DNA from: Minisyncoccota bacterium
Lineage (GTDB): Bacteria; Patescibacteriota; Minisyncoccia; UBA6257; XYB1-36-10
Assembly: GCA_041651415.1 (NCBI GenBank)
Contig: JBAZJH010000002.1
Location: 111,075 to 175,074, forward strand
DNA: 64,000 bases
Reading direction: 5' to 3'
A model generated the notes under the pieces. That model saw only the letters and a program-made list of their open reading frames with translations, made no database searches and was not told the origin of the DNA. A program made the translations under genes and the position numbers. Below are positions 19,323 through 28,070 of this stretch, piece by piece; the first letter of the stretch is position 1, and the number at the start of each line of letters is the position of its first letter.

Positions 19323-20084
19323 ATGATAATTTATCGATTAAAATCGAAAAATGTAGTTTATGACCTTTATTTGCCGGAAGAAAGTAATGGTAAGGCGGTT
19401 TTGTATGTACCAGGTTTACCTGGGCATCCTCGCCGAAAAGCTTTAGGAGAAACATTTGCCTCAAATGGTTTTAGCTTCTTTGAGATGAGATTTCCAGGCA
19501 GTTGGGAAAGTAACGGCGAATTTACGATGGATAACTGCGTCAAAAGCTTAGAAGAAGCTTATGACTTTATAAAAAGCGGTTTGGGAACAGAACTGCGAAG
19601 AGAGATAAAAAAAGAATGGGAACACAAAGAGATAATATTTTTAGGCAGCAGTTTCGGAGGCGGAGTAATCTTAAGCAGCCAAATTAAAGAGCCGCTTAAA
19701 TTCGCACTTCTGGCTCCGGTGACTAAAATAAAAAACGTAAAAGATTCTTTAGTAATGCTTTCTTCTGGCGAGGACGATTTATTTAACTTACTTACTAAAG
19801 GATACGCTAATGCATATAGAGGACTTAATAAAAAAGATTGGAATAGATTTTTGGACGGGGAATCACTAATTAATCCCGAGAAAAACACAGATAACCTAAA
19901 AAATAAAAAATTGCTGTTTTTACAAGGGACGGATGATGATGTAATTTTTGACAAACATACTTCCGAATACGTAAATAATCTTAAAAAAGCGGGAGTTGAA
20001 GTTGAGTTTATATTAATTTCGGGAGCCGGACACGGAGGGGACTTAGAGGAAAAAGCAGCGCAAACTTTGGTAGATAGTCTTTAA
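19323..20084 (+). CDS. alpha/beta-hydrolase fold protein (dienelactone hydrolase / S9 peptidase-like)
   Basis: Nucleophile elbow GSSFGGG, with later GTDDDV and GAGHG motifs. Confidence 0.55.
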   Translation: MIIYRLKSKNVVYDLYLPEESNGKAVLYVPGLPGHPRRKALGETFASNGFSFFEMRFPGSWESNGEFTMDNCVKSLEEAYDFIKSGLGTELRREIKKEWEHKEIIFLGSSFGGGVILSSQIKEPLKFALLAPVTKIKNVKDSLVMLSSGEDDLFNLLTKGYANAYRGLNKKDWNRFLDGESLINPEKNTDNLKNKKLLFLQGTDDDVIFDKHTSEYVNNLKKAGVEVEFILISGAGHGGDLEEKAAQTLVDSL

Positions 20085-20134
20085 TTAAACAAAAAACCAC
20101 GTGAAGTTTTTAGAAATACTTCACGTGGATATAT

Positions 20135-20890
20135 TTAAGAAAAGAAACGACATTTCTTGTTTTCGGATACTTGCTGACGCATTAAACTGTAAACTTGTTC
20201 GTGAATAGCGAGACATTGTTGCAGAAAATTCAGGGTATCTTTACTTGATGACGGGACAGTCCATTCGGTTAGAAGTTCTTGGAGAAATTCTAATTCTTTG
20301 GGAGAAAAATCGTATAAATATTTAGCTGCTTGGCTAAAAATTTCCGATTCCTCTTGGATCAAACTTCCTTGGGACATTAGAAGATCTTTAAGAACAACGA
20401 TAGTTCTTTTTCTGGTTTGCCTAATCTCTTTTTCGGAAATTGGTTCTATCTTAAAGATGAGATTGCGGAGTTGAAAAGTGTACTGCTGGACTTTTTGGAG
20501 CAAGCTTAACTGGAGGTGATAGTCTGATGGGCCGTTAACGACATCAAAAATATTTTTACCAAACAGGGTTTCGGCTTGTCTCAGATGGCAGACAAAGAAT
20601 GAACCGCAAGTATGGATTGAAAAGTAATCGGCATTGGTGGGTATTTCCTCAAGATAGATGAGATGAAGGTGAATCGGCAGTTCAAACATCCTTAAATCTA
20701 TAACAAGTTCTCGAAGTTTAAGACAGTCCCCTGAACTCTTTTTCTTTAGAATGATAATCAGATCAACATCCTGCGGAATTAAGTGAGGATTAAACAATAG
20801 AGAGCCATGAAGAAGAACGCAGACTATGTTATTAGTTCCAAAAGTAGAGACGATTTTTTCGCTAAGCTTTTTTAAGGATTCTCTACTCAT
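20135..20890 (-). CDS. nucleotidyltransferase-fold protein (pol-beta/ANT-like minimal NTase) with a C-terminal helical domain
   Basis: LLHGSLLFNPHLIPQDVDLIII matches the G-S-x(9-13)-DxD NTase signature; overlaps the upstream gene by TAATG (translationally coupled). Confidence 0.5.
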   Translation of the reverse strand: MSRESLKKLSEKIVSTFGTNNIVCVLLHGSLLFNPHLIPQDVDLIIILKKKSSGDCLKLRELVIDLRMFELPIHLHLIYLEEIPTNADYFSIHTCGSFFVCHLRQAETLFGKNIFDVVNGPSDYHLQLSLLQKVQQYTFQLRNLIFKIEPISEKEIRQTRKRTIVVLKDLLMSQGSLIQEESEIFSQAAKYLYDFSPKELEFLQELLTEWTVPSSSKDTLNFLQQCLAIHEQVYSLMRQQVSENKKCRFFS

Positions 20891-22041
20891 TAGATACTCC
20901 TTTCTATTAGTAAGCTTTGGTATGGAGATAACGAAACAGAAGTTTCTCGACGGAGGTTGGTAATGAGTTCATTAATCAGATTCCCATCCATAGTATTTAT
21001 TATTTTAGGGAAAGATAAAATATCATCTATGGGGCGGCTGATTAACGCTTTATTGTCTGAAGCTTTAAGTGCCCAGAAAATAAAATTGGAATTTACGATT
21101 ACTTCTTTCTGATTCCATTTTAATCCACTAGCGACCAAGAGTTTAGTAGGCAGTCGGCCGTATCGATCAACGAGTTCTTTGAGATTATTAATGTTTGGAT
21201 GTTGCGACTCATCACTTTCAAATTTTACAAAAGGCGTGACGATGACAGTTGTGTCTTTCAAATTTGCAAATAGCTTCTGGGAGATTCCCAATGACCAAAC
21301 TAGAGGTTTAAACGAACGATTGCTGATAACGACTGCTGACGGATAAAATCCATCTTCAATCAAGGAACAAAAGAGCAGGGACCAACAAAAGTCTGTATCC
21401 AACTGCCAAGTTTTACCGAATAGTGATATTCGGCGATCACCTTTCTTTTTTCTGGAGATTAATAGTGGATAGTTAAAATCTTTCCGTAGCTTCTCAATTT
21501 CTTTTAAATAGAACAGTGGGAGCACGTTAAGATTAGTTTTTTTGAAGTTGCTTTTTAATATCAGACAAGCTTCATCTTTTGGTTCAAGCGGCATGTCACA
21601 TAAAGCACAAAACGCTTTTTCATTTTTCCAATATAGAACTTTGTAATCCATCGACCAATCAGAATGGAGAGAATCTTTCAACACTTCAACGGCTCCGCAT
21701 TGACAGATAAAAATTTGTGAATTTTCGACTTTTAACTCTCCATCAGTAGCCAGTTTTTCACAATAGGTTTGCAGGCGATTGGCGTGACTGTTGTTGTTAT
21801 CAAACCAGTAATGGTTGATAGTTGAATCCAGACGATATAAGAGTTTCTGGAAGTTCTCAAATCTTTGGGCGATTTGATTAATTTCCAAATTTTTATATCG
21901 ATGACCGGTTAGGTTTACACAGCATACTGATGCGAGACCAGTGAGCTTCGATATTGCAGAAACCACAAAAGGAGTCAGAACAAGTCCGGTTTTTACTTTT
22001 TCTGGAATTGTTATTGGTAAACACAGGATGGAGTTTTTCAC
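20890..22041 (-). CDS. hypothetical 383-aa Cys/Trp-rich protein (possible zinc site CQCG...CALC), middle gene of a 3-gene operon
   Basis: Long ORF with RBS AGTGAGGTG upstream; amino-acid composition unlike the Lys/Glu-rich host proteins. Confidence 0.45.
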   Translation of the reverse strand: MKNSILCLPITIPEKVKTGLVLTPFVVSAISKLTGLASVCCVNLTGHRYKNLEINQIAQRFENFQKLLYRLDSTINHYWFDNNNSHANRLQTYCEKLATDGELKVENSQIFICQCGAVEVLKDSLHSDWSMDYKVLYWKNEKAFCALCDMPLEPKDEACLILKSNFKKTNLNVLPLFYLKEIEKLRKDFNYPLLISRKKKGDRRISLFGKTWQLDTDFCWSLLFCSLIEDGFYPSAVVISNRSFKPLVWSLGISQKLFANLKDTTVIVTPFVKFESDESQHPNINNLKELVDRYGRLPTKLLVASGLKWNQKEVIVNSNFIFWALKASDNKALISRPIDDILSFPKIINTMDGNLINELITNLRRETSVSLSPYQSLLIERSI

Positions 22042-22050
22042 TTTAACACC

Positions 22051-22746
22051 TCACTTTCTTTGTAATAGTTCTTCTGCTTTACGGACAGCAATTTCTGTTG
22101 CTAGTAAAGCATTATTTGATTGGATAAATAAGGCAACAAAAGAACCGAAAAAAGTATCTCCGGCTCCCAGAGTGTCTTTAGCTTCAATGGGATTGCTTTT
22201 AACAAAGTCTTGTCTTCCATGATGCCAAATTTCTACTCCTTTTTGACCGTGAGTGATAAGCAAAATACGAGACTGAAAAAGTTTAATAACTTTTTTTGGT
22301 ACGTATTTTGATTCTCTTTGGTTGACTTTAAGAGCGACGACATTCTTTAAATCTTTAGGACAACAATCCCAAAAATGGACAAGATTTTCTCCTTTGACTC
22401 GGATGTATCCTTGAGCGTCTAGAAAAATACAACAATCTCTTTCAGATAATTGCTCAAGATTGAATTCTCCCAGTATAGGTGAGAGTAAAATGTTTCGTGA
22501 AAATAAACGTTTTGGGAGCATTATTTTCCCGACTCTTTTAATCCGTATTTTTTCATGTTGGTCTTTGATAATTATGTGTACAGTTACCGGATTTTTAGGT
22601 GTTAGAAGACAGACTTTACAGCCAAGTGCATTTAAGGCTTCTTTGCAATAAAGGGCTGGACCTCCTGACCTAACCAATTTAACAGCTTTATCTAGATTGT
22701 TGATGTGATCCACAGTTTTTGTTGCTATGAGAGTTATAGATTTCAT
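22051..22746 (-). CDS. PfkB-family carbohydrate/nucleoside kinase (short, 231 aa)
   Basis: N-terminal GGPALY and C-terminal PfkB signature DTLGAGDTFFGSF. Confidence 0.7.
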   Translation of the reverse strand: MKSITLIATKTVDHINNLDKAVKLVRSGGPALYCKEALNALGCKVCLLTPKNPVTVHIIIKDQHEKIRIKRVGKIMLPKRLFSRNILLSPILGEFNLEQLSERDCCIFLDAQGYIRVKGENLVHFWDCCPKDLKNVVALKVNQRESKYVPKKVIKLFQSRILLITHGQKGVEIWHHGRQDFVKSNPIEAKDTLGAGDTFFGSFVALFIQSNNALLATEIAVRKAEELLQRK

Positions 22747-22996
22747 TTTTAGCTCCTTTTCAGCTATTTTTAGTTGTAAATTTTGCTACTTGTAAGATAT
22801 AATTTTTATTGTTTTTTGTCAATTTCTGGTGGTTTTCAGGGAGTACTGCACTTGTTATATTTTAGCTCTAAAATAGACACAAACCATTATCAGCTTCTCA
22901 TGACAAATCCCAATATTTGCTGTCGGGGCGATTCTTTTGCAGTTGACACAAGGCTGGAGTTTTTTATTTTTATGCGGAGTAGGATATTATTTTTAA

Positions 22997-23578
22997 ATGG
23001 CGGTTTTGATAAATGAGATATTTCCGAATCCGGCGGGGAAGGATGCGGACGGAGAATTTATTGAAATTTTTAACAACGGAAGCGAGACGATTTTTTTGGA
23101 CAGCTTCAGATTAGAAGACGAAAGCGGGAAGAAGTTTAGTTTAGCGGGAAAGAAAATCGACGGCGGAGAATATCTGGCGTTTAGTTATAAGGAAACGGGA
23201 ATATCAATAAACAATTCGGATGAGAAGATTTTTTTATACGACGGGAATAATTTAGCGGACAAGGCGGAGATGGAAGGAATGGCGGAAGAAGGAAGCAGTT
23301 TTTCAAGAAAAGGAGAAGAGTTTTTATTTACAAGCCAAATAACCAAGGGAGAAAGAAATCTTTTTGACGAAGAAAAGGTTTCGGGATATCTTCAGGGGGA
23401 AGCTTTAAAGAGTTCCGTAAAAACCGGAAATTTTGAGGCGAGAGATGTTATGGCGATTTTAATTATGGGAGTTTTAGCGGGACTGATAGCGGTTTACGCT
23501 TATAGTTTAATTTTTAAGAAAGAAAAAAATGAAGAAAATAAAGAAGGTTATTTTGAATGGCGAGGAGGAGACGATTAA
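22997..23578 (+). CDS. lamin-tail-domain (LTD) protein with a C-terminal TM anchor
   Basis: LINEIFPNPAGKDADGEFIEIFNNGSETIFLDSFRLED matches the LTD consensus (INE..pNP.g.D..EfIEL.N...); hydrophobic helix near the C-terminus. Confidence 0.6.
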   Translation: MAVLINEIFPNPAGKDADGEFIEIFNNGSETIFLDSFRLEDESGKKFSLAGKKIDGGEYLAFSYKETGISINNSDEKIFLYDGNNLADKAEMEGMAEEGSSFSRKGEEFLFTSQITKGERNLFDEEKVSGYLQGEALKSSVKTGNFEARDVMAILIMGVLAGLIAVYAYSLIFKKEKNEENKEGYFEWRGGDD

Positions 23579-23984
23579 ATTTGCCGCCGATTTTGCCAGA
23601 AAAATAACAGAAAAAAATAAAAAAAGAAAAACGGCTTTAGTGATTTCTTTAATCGGGGAACTGGGAGCGGGGAAGACGACTTTCGCGAGGGGGTTTTTAC
23701 ATAAACTTGGAGTAAAGAAAAAAATAACCAGCCCGACTTTTGTTTTAATTAAAAGATATAAATTGCTGAAAGGAGGAAGTTTTAAAGAAGCGTTTCATAT
23801 TGACGCTTACAGATTAAAAGACGGGGATTTAAATATGCTCGAGTGGCAGGAAATAATAAAAAATCCGGAAAACATTATTTTGATAGAATGGCCGGAAAGA
23901 GTGAGAGAAGCGAAAATAAAAGGGGCGGTTGAGATAAAGATAAAGCATTTGAAAGAGGGAAGAGAGATAGAAATAAATGATTAA
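23529..23984 (+). CDS. tsaE: tRNA threonylcarbamoyladenosine biosynthesis protein TsaE (YjeE)
   Basis: LIGELGAGKTTFARGFLHKLG P-loop typical of TsaE; ~150 aa. Confidence 0.8.
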   Translation: MKKIKKVILNGEEETIKFAADFARKITEKNKKRKTALVISLIGELGAGKTTFARGFLHKLGVKKKITSPTFVLIKRYKLLKGGSFKEAFHIDAYRLKDGDLNMLEWQEIIKNPENIILIEWPERVREAKIKGAVEIKIKHLKEGREIEIND

Positions 23985-24046
23985 TTTCTAATTACTAATA
24001 TCTGATTAATGACTAATTAAAAAATTTTAGTAAATTTTTAAGAATA

Positions 24047-24099
24047 AAAATAGCTTTGAAAAACAGGGCTAATCACCAATCGTTTTTCAAAGCTATTTT
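24047..24099 (+). terminator. terminator hairpin with conserved loop CAGGGCTAATCACCAATCG (family X)
   Basis: agctttgaaaaa-[loop]-tttttcaaagct followed by ATTTTT; the same loop sequence recurs at 27491, 42784 and 42905. Confidence 0.5.
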
Positions 24100-24313
24100 T
24101 ATTCTATAAATTATTCAGTAGAGAGAGGGATGGTGGTAATAATGCCCCGATGGAATACGGGGTAAATATTTTACTTCGTAAAAAATTATTTTTTAAATAA
24201 TTTTAATTGTGGAGATTTTTTATTTTTAAGGAGAAAAAATAGAAAAATAAGGGAGCTGTCTTCCGCTCTCCGCCAGTTGGCGGAGCGGATTTAATGGCAA
24301 CTTTGATTTTGTT

Positions 24314-24341
24314 TTGACTTTTTTAAATAAGCTGGTATAAT
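24314..24341 (+). promoter_or_regulatory. sigma-70-like promoter TTGACT-16-TATAAT
   Basis: Near-consensus hexamers 35 nt upstream of the 24376 ORF. Confidence 0.5.
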
Positions 24342-24375
24342 AAAGACAGAACTTAAAAATTTTTTTGGAGGTGAA

Positions 24376-24816
24376 ATGATGACTTTTCTTAATAAAGAGG
24401 AGCAACAAATTTTTAATCATTATGAAACTGCGAAATATATCTTCACTTTTAAGGGATTATCCTCTGGACTTCATGAAGAATTGAGATTGTTTTTAACTGG
24501 AGAAAGAATGAGAAGAGTGGGGAGATTTAGCATGATTTTGTTCTTAATAAGAATAGAAGAACAAAATAAATTAAGCTCTGAAAGAATAAATAATTTATGG
24601 GGAAAATTCTTGAGGGGTGAACAAGAGACAGAACCGTCTTGTTGGAAAAAGGGGAGTTGCGGCGCGCCAACTCAGGTTTGTGATGCTGATGTTATGTATC
24701 ATGGAAAAAGGGATGTTGATGCTTTTGGGTGGAGTGGCGCCACCAACTGGATTGACTTAAAAAGGGCGGTTTCTGGCGATTACTTTAGTGATTATGTCTT
24801 TAATTATGATACTTGA
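24376..24816 (+). CDS. hypothetical protein (146 aa)
   Basis: ORF with its own promoter and a downstream terminator (24826-24855); no recognizable domain. Confidence 0.45.
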   Translation: MMTFLNKEEQQIFNHYETAKYIFTFKGLSSGLHEELRLFLTGERMRRVGRFSMILFLIRIEEQNKLSSERINNLWGKFLRGEQETEPSCWKKGSCGAPTQVCDADVMYHGKRDVDAFGWSGATNWIDLKRAVSGDYFSDYVFNYDT

Positions 24817-24975
24817 AGACAAATAAAGGCGGGAGAAAAACCGCCTTTTTATTTTGGAATGAAGGGAGGGTATAATATAGATAATTAGAAATTAAAATTT
24901 GAAATATTTGAGCAACTCCGACCTAAGTCGGAGCGCTCAAATTCTTAAATAAATTAAAATTTATAAGAATTTGGC

Positions 24976-27456
24976 ATGAAAACATTGATTTTAATAGACG
25001 CAAACTCGCTGATACACAGGTGTTTTCATGCTTTGCCGCCACTGACAAATAAAAAAGGGGAGCCGACAAACGCGCTTTACGGGTTGTCTTCCGTTTTGAT
25101 GAAAATTTTTAGAGAATACAAACCGGATTACGCGGCGGCTTTTTTTGACCGGCCGGAGGAAACAAACAGAAAAAAAGATTACGCGGAATATAAAGCGGGA
25201 AGAGTGAAAGCGCCGGATGAATTAATAGAGCAAATTATAAAAGCAAAAGAAGTTTTCAGGGCTTTTGGAATAAAAACATTTGAACTGCCCGGGTTTGAAG
25301 CGGATGATTTGATCGGAACGGCGGCGGAAAGATTCAAAGGAAAAGAAGAAAAAATAATCATATTGACGGGGGATTTAGACACGACACAGCTCGTGAGCGA
25401 TAAAGAAAATGTAACAGTAGAGACATTTAAAAAAGGAATAACGGAAATGATGGTTTATGACGAAAAGGCGGTAAAAGAGAGGTTTGGAGTAGAAGCAAAA
25501 CAAGTAGTGGATTATAAGGGGCTAGCGGGAGACAGCTCGGATAATATAAAAGGAATACCGGGGGTGGGGCCGAAAACAGCGGTGCCGCTTTTAAACGAAT
25601 TTGGAACAATAGAGGGGATATTTAAAAATATAGACGAGAAAGATAAGAGATTTAAAAAATTTATCGGTTTTGAAAAAGAGGCGATGGCTTCCAAAAAGCT
25701 GGCGATAATAGAAAGAGATGCGCCGATTGATTTAGGCGGATTAGAAAATTTAAAAACAAACGAATCAAAAGAGAAAGATTTAAAAGGTTTTTTTGAGGAG
25801 ATGGGATTTCAAAGTTTGATAAAGAGAATAGGGGGCGAGGAAAATAAAAAAGCGGAAAATAAGGGACTATTTGAAAAGAAAGAAAGCAAGGCGCAATTAT
25901 TTAATTTTGACGCAAGGCAAAGCAGAGAAGAAGCAGAATTTATTTTAGAGGGAGAAAAATTAGAGGAGGAAAAAAGAAAAAGTAAAAAAATAAAAGTGGG
26001 ATTTTCTTTAAAAGAAATAATAAAAGAACAAGGATTGGAAGGCCCATATTTTGATTTAGGAATAGCATTCTGGCTTTTAGATTCTGACGTAGGAGATTAT
26101 AGCCCGGATTATGTTTTTAAAAGATTTTTAAAAAAAGAGTGGGGAAACAAAGAAGAGGATTTGTTTTTTGCTTATAAATGGGCTGAGGGAGAACTTAAAA
26201 AAAATAATTTAACGAAAGTTTTTAAGGAAATAGAAATGCCGCTTTTGCCAATTTTAGCGGAGATGGAAAATTGGGGAATAGAAATAGACAAAGAAAAGCT
26301 TGAGAGATTAAAAGAGAAAGTACGAGAAGGCGTGAACGAACTGGTAAAAAAAATATATAAATTAGCGGGGGGAGAATTTAATATAAATTCTCCGAAACAG
26401 ATGGGAGAAGTTTTATTCAAAAAACTTAATATTGCGGCTAAAAAAATAAGAAAGACAGCAGGGGGAGCGATGTCAACAAGTTATGAAAATCTGATAAGGA
26501 TAAAAAACGAACATAAAATAATCGAGCTTATTTTAGAATATCGGGAGCAATTTAAAGTGCTTTCCACTTATATTGAGCCGATTATTGAATTAACCGACAA
26601 AAAAGGAAGATTGCACACGTCCTATATTCAAACGGGAACAGCGACAGGAAGATTGTCTTCAGAACATCCCAATTTGCAAAATATTCCGCAAGGAGGAGAT
26701 TTAGCCCAGCCTTTAAGAGAAGCGTTTTTAGGGGGAGAAGGAAAGGAGCTTGTAAGTTTTGATTATTCGCAAATGGAACTTCGGATTCTCGCGTCTCTTT
26801 CTCGGGATGATAAAATGATAAAAGCTTTCAGGGAAGGAAAAGATATTCATGCGGCGACGGCATCTTATGTTTTTAATGTGCCATTTGAAGAGGTGGATAG
26901 AGAAAAGAGACGTGTGGCAAAAGTGCTTAATTTCGGGATTGTTTATGGAATGGGAGTAAATGCTTTTGCGGAATCCTCAGGACTTAAGAGGGAAGAGGCA
27001 AAAAAATTCATTGAAGAATATTTTAAGGAATTTTCAGAAATAAAAAGATGGCAGGAAAATATAAAAAAGGAGGCGAGGACTTTAGGGTATGCGACAACTT
27101 TAAACGGACGACGCCGGCTGGTTCCAGATTTAATGTCATTATCACCGAGATTTGCGGCGCAAGCGGAAAGAATAGTGATTAATATGCCGACGCAGGGACT
27201 GGCGGCTGATGTAATGAAAATAGCGATAATAAAAACGAAGGAGATGCTTGAAAAAGAGGAATGGTGGGGAAAAGAAGTAAAAGTGCTTTTAACGATTCAC
27301 GACGAGCTTTTATTTGAAGTAGAAAAAAAGGTGAAAGAAAAAGCGGCTAAAAAGATTAAGAGAGAAATGGAAGAGGCGTTTAAACTTTCCGTGCCACTAC
27401 TTGTAGAAATAAAGGAAGGAAAAAATTGGGGAAGTATGAAAAAAGTGGAAGTTTAA
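24976..27456 (+). CDS. polA: DNA polymerase I (5'-3' exonuclease + polymerase domains)
   Basis: N-terminal FEN/5'-exo motifs (LILIDANSLIHRCFHAL, GIPGVGPKTA) and C-terminal family A polymerase motifs (RRVAKVLNFGIVYG, HDELLFE). Confidence 0.9.
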   Translation: MKTLILIDANSLIHRCFHALPPLTNKKGEPTNALYGLSSVLMKIFREYKPDYAAAFFDRPEETNRKKDYAEYKAGRVKAPDELIEQIIKAKEVFRAFGIKTFELPGFEADDLIGTAAERFKGKEEKIIILTGDLDTTQLVSDKENVTVETFKKGITEMMVYDEKAVKERFGVEAKQVVDYKGLAGDSSDNIKGIPGVGPKTAVPLLNEFGTIEGIFKNIDEKDKRFKKFIGFEKEAMASKKLAIIERDAPIDLGGLENLKTNESKEKDLKGFFEEMGFQSLIKRIGGEENKKAENKGLFEKKESKAQLFNFDARQSREEAEFILEGEKLEEEKRKSKKIKVGFSLKEIIKEQGLEGPYFDLGIAFWLLDSDVGDYSPDYVFKRFLKKEWGNKEEDLFFAYKWAEGELKKNNLTKVFKEIEMPLLPILAEMENWGIEIDKEKLERLKEKVREGVNELVKKIYKLAGGEFNINSPKQMGEVLFKKLNIAAKKIRKTAGGAMSTSYENLIRIKNEHKIIELILEYREQFKVLSTYIEPIIELTDKKGRLHTSYIQTGTATGRLSSEHPNLQNIPQGGDLAQPLREAFLGGEGKELVSFDYSQMELRILASLSRDDKMIKAFREGKDIHAATASYVFNVPFEEVDREKRRVAKVLNFGIVYGMGVNAFAESSGLKREEAKKFIEEYFKEFSEIKRWQENIKKEARTLGYATTLNGRRRLVPDLMSLSPRFAAQAERIVINMPTQGLAADVMKIAIIKTKEMLEKEEWWGKEVKVLLTIHDELLFEVEKKVKEKAAKKIKREMEEAFKLSVPLLVEIKEGKNWGSMKKVEV

Positions 27457-27490
27457 AATAAATTATTTTTTTAAAAACGGAGTAAATAAG

Positions 27491-27548
27491 AAAAAAACAG
27501 CTTCAGAAAACAGGGCTAGTCGCCATCATTTTCTGAAGCTGTTTTTTT
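27491..27548 (+). terminator. terminator hairpin, family X (loop CAGGGCTAGTCGCCATCA)
   Basis: cagcttcagaaaa-[loop]-ttttctgaagctg followed by TTTTTTT, directly after polA. Confidence 0.5.
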
Positions 27549-27652
27549 CTTTAATTTTAAAAGGGTGGTAGAAGGTGATAATAAGCCCCGCCTATAAAAG
27601 GCGGGGTAAAGTAGTTCTGACGTAAGGTCGGAGCTTTTTATCTTTTTAAATA

Positions 27653-27681
27653 TTGACAGGTTTGGGAAATTTGTGTAGATT
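27653..27681 (+). promoter_or_regulatory. conserved promoter TTGACA-17-TAGATT (copy 1 of a duplicated promoter + leader module)
   Basis: Near-identical ~125-bp promoter + leader also at 43060-43187; partial copies at 31596-31649 and 60985-61040. Confidence 0.55.
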
Positions 27682-27778
27682 TGGCTTAGAATCAGGTTAG
27701 TTAAAAAATGAAATCCGCCTATGGCGAGATAAAGTCCGCCTAAGCTAAAAACTACGGCGAGACAAAAGGAGAAGAAAA

Positions 27779-27991
27779 ATGGAAACAAATCAGGTTTGTG
27801 AATTGAGAGATTTAGATTTGGTAAAAAAATTGGTTAGCACAATTGAGACATATGAGAGAAATTGGGAATACATGACAAAAGAAGATAGGGAGAAACAAAA
27901 AAAAGAACAAGAGGTTTTAGAAGGGGAGATTTTGAAGAGGCTAGGGGAAAGACAAGTGTTTAAAGAGATTGTTGCGACTACTATTTCTTAA
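27779..27991 (+). CDS. hypothetical 70-aa protein, paralog of the 43186 ORF
   Basis: Shares LxDLxxLxxxLVKKL and EILKRLGE-like segments with the 43186 product; same conserved leader upstream; terminator at ~27995-28040. Confidence 0.5.
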   Translation: METNQVCELRDLDLVKKLVSTIETYERNWEYMTKEDREKQKKEQEVLEGEILKRLGERQVFKEIVATTIS

Positions 27992-28070
27992 AAAAGATGA
28001 CCCCGATTTTTGCCAGTTGGCGAAGTCGGGGTTTTTTATTAAAAAGTTTGGTGAGGTATAATAGAGAGAG

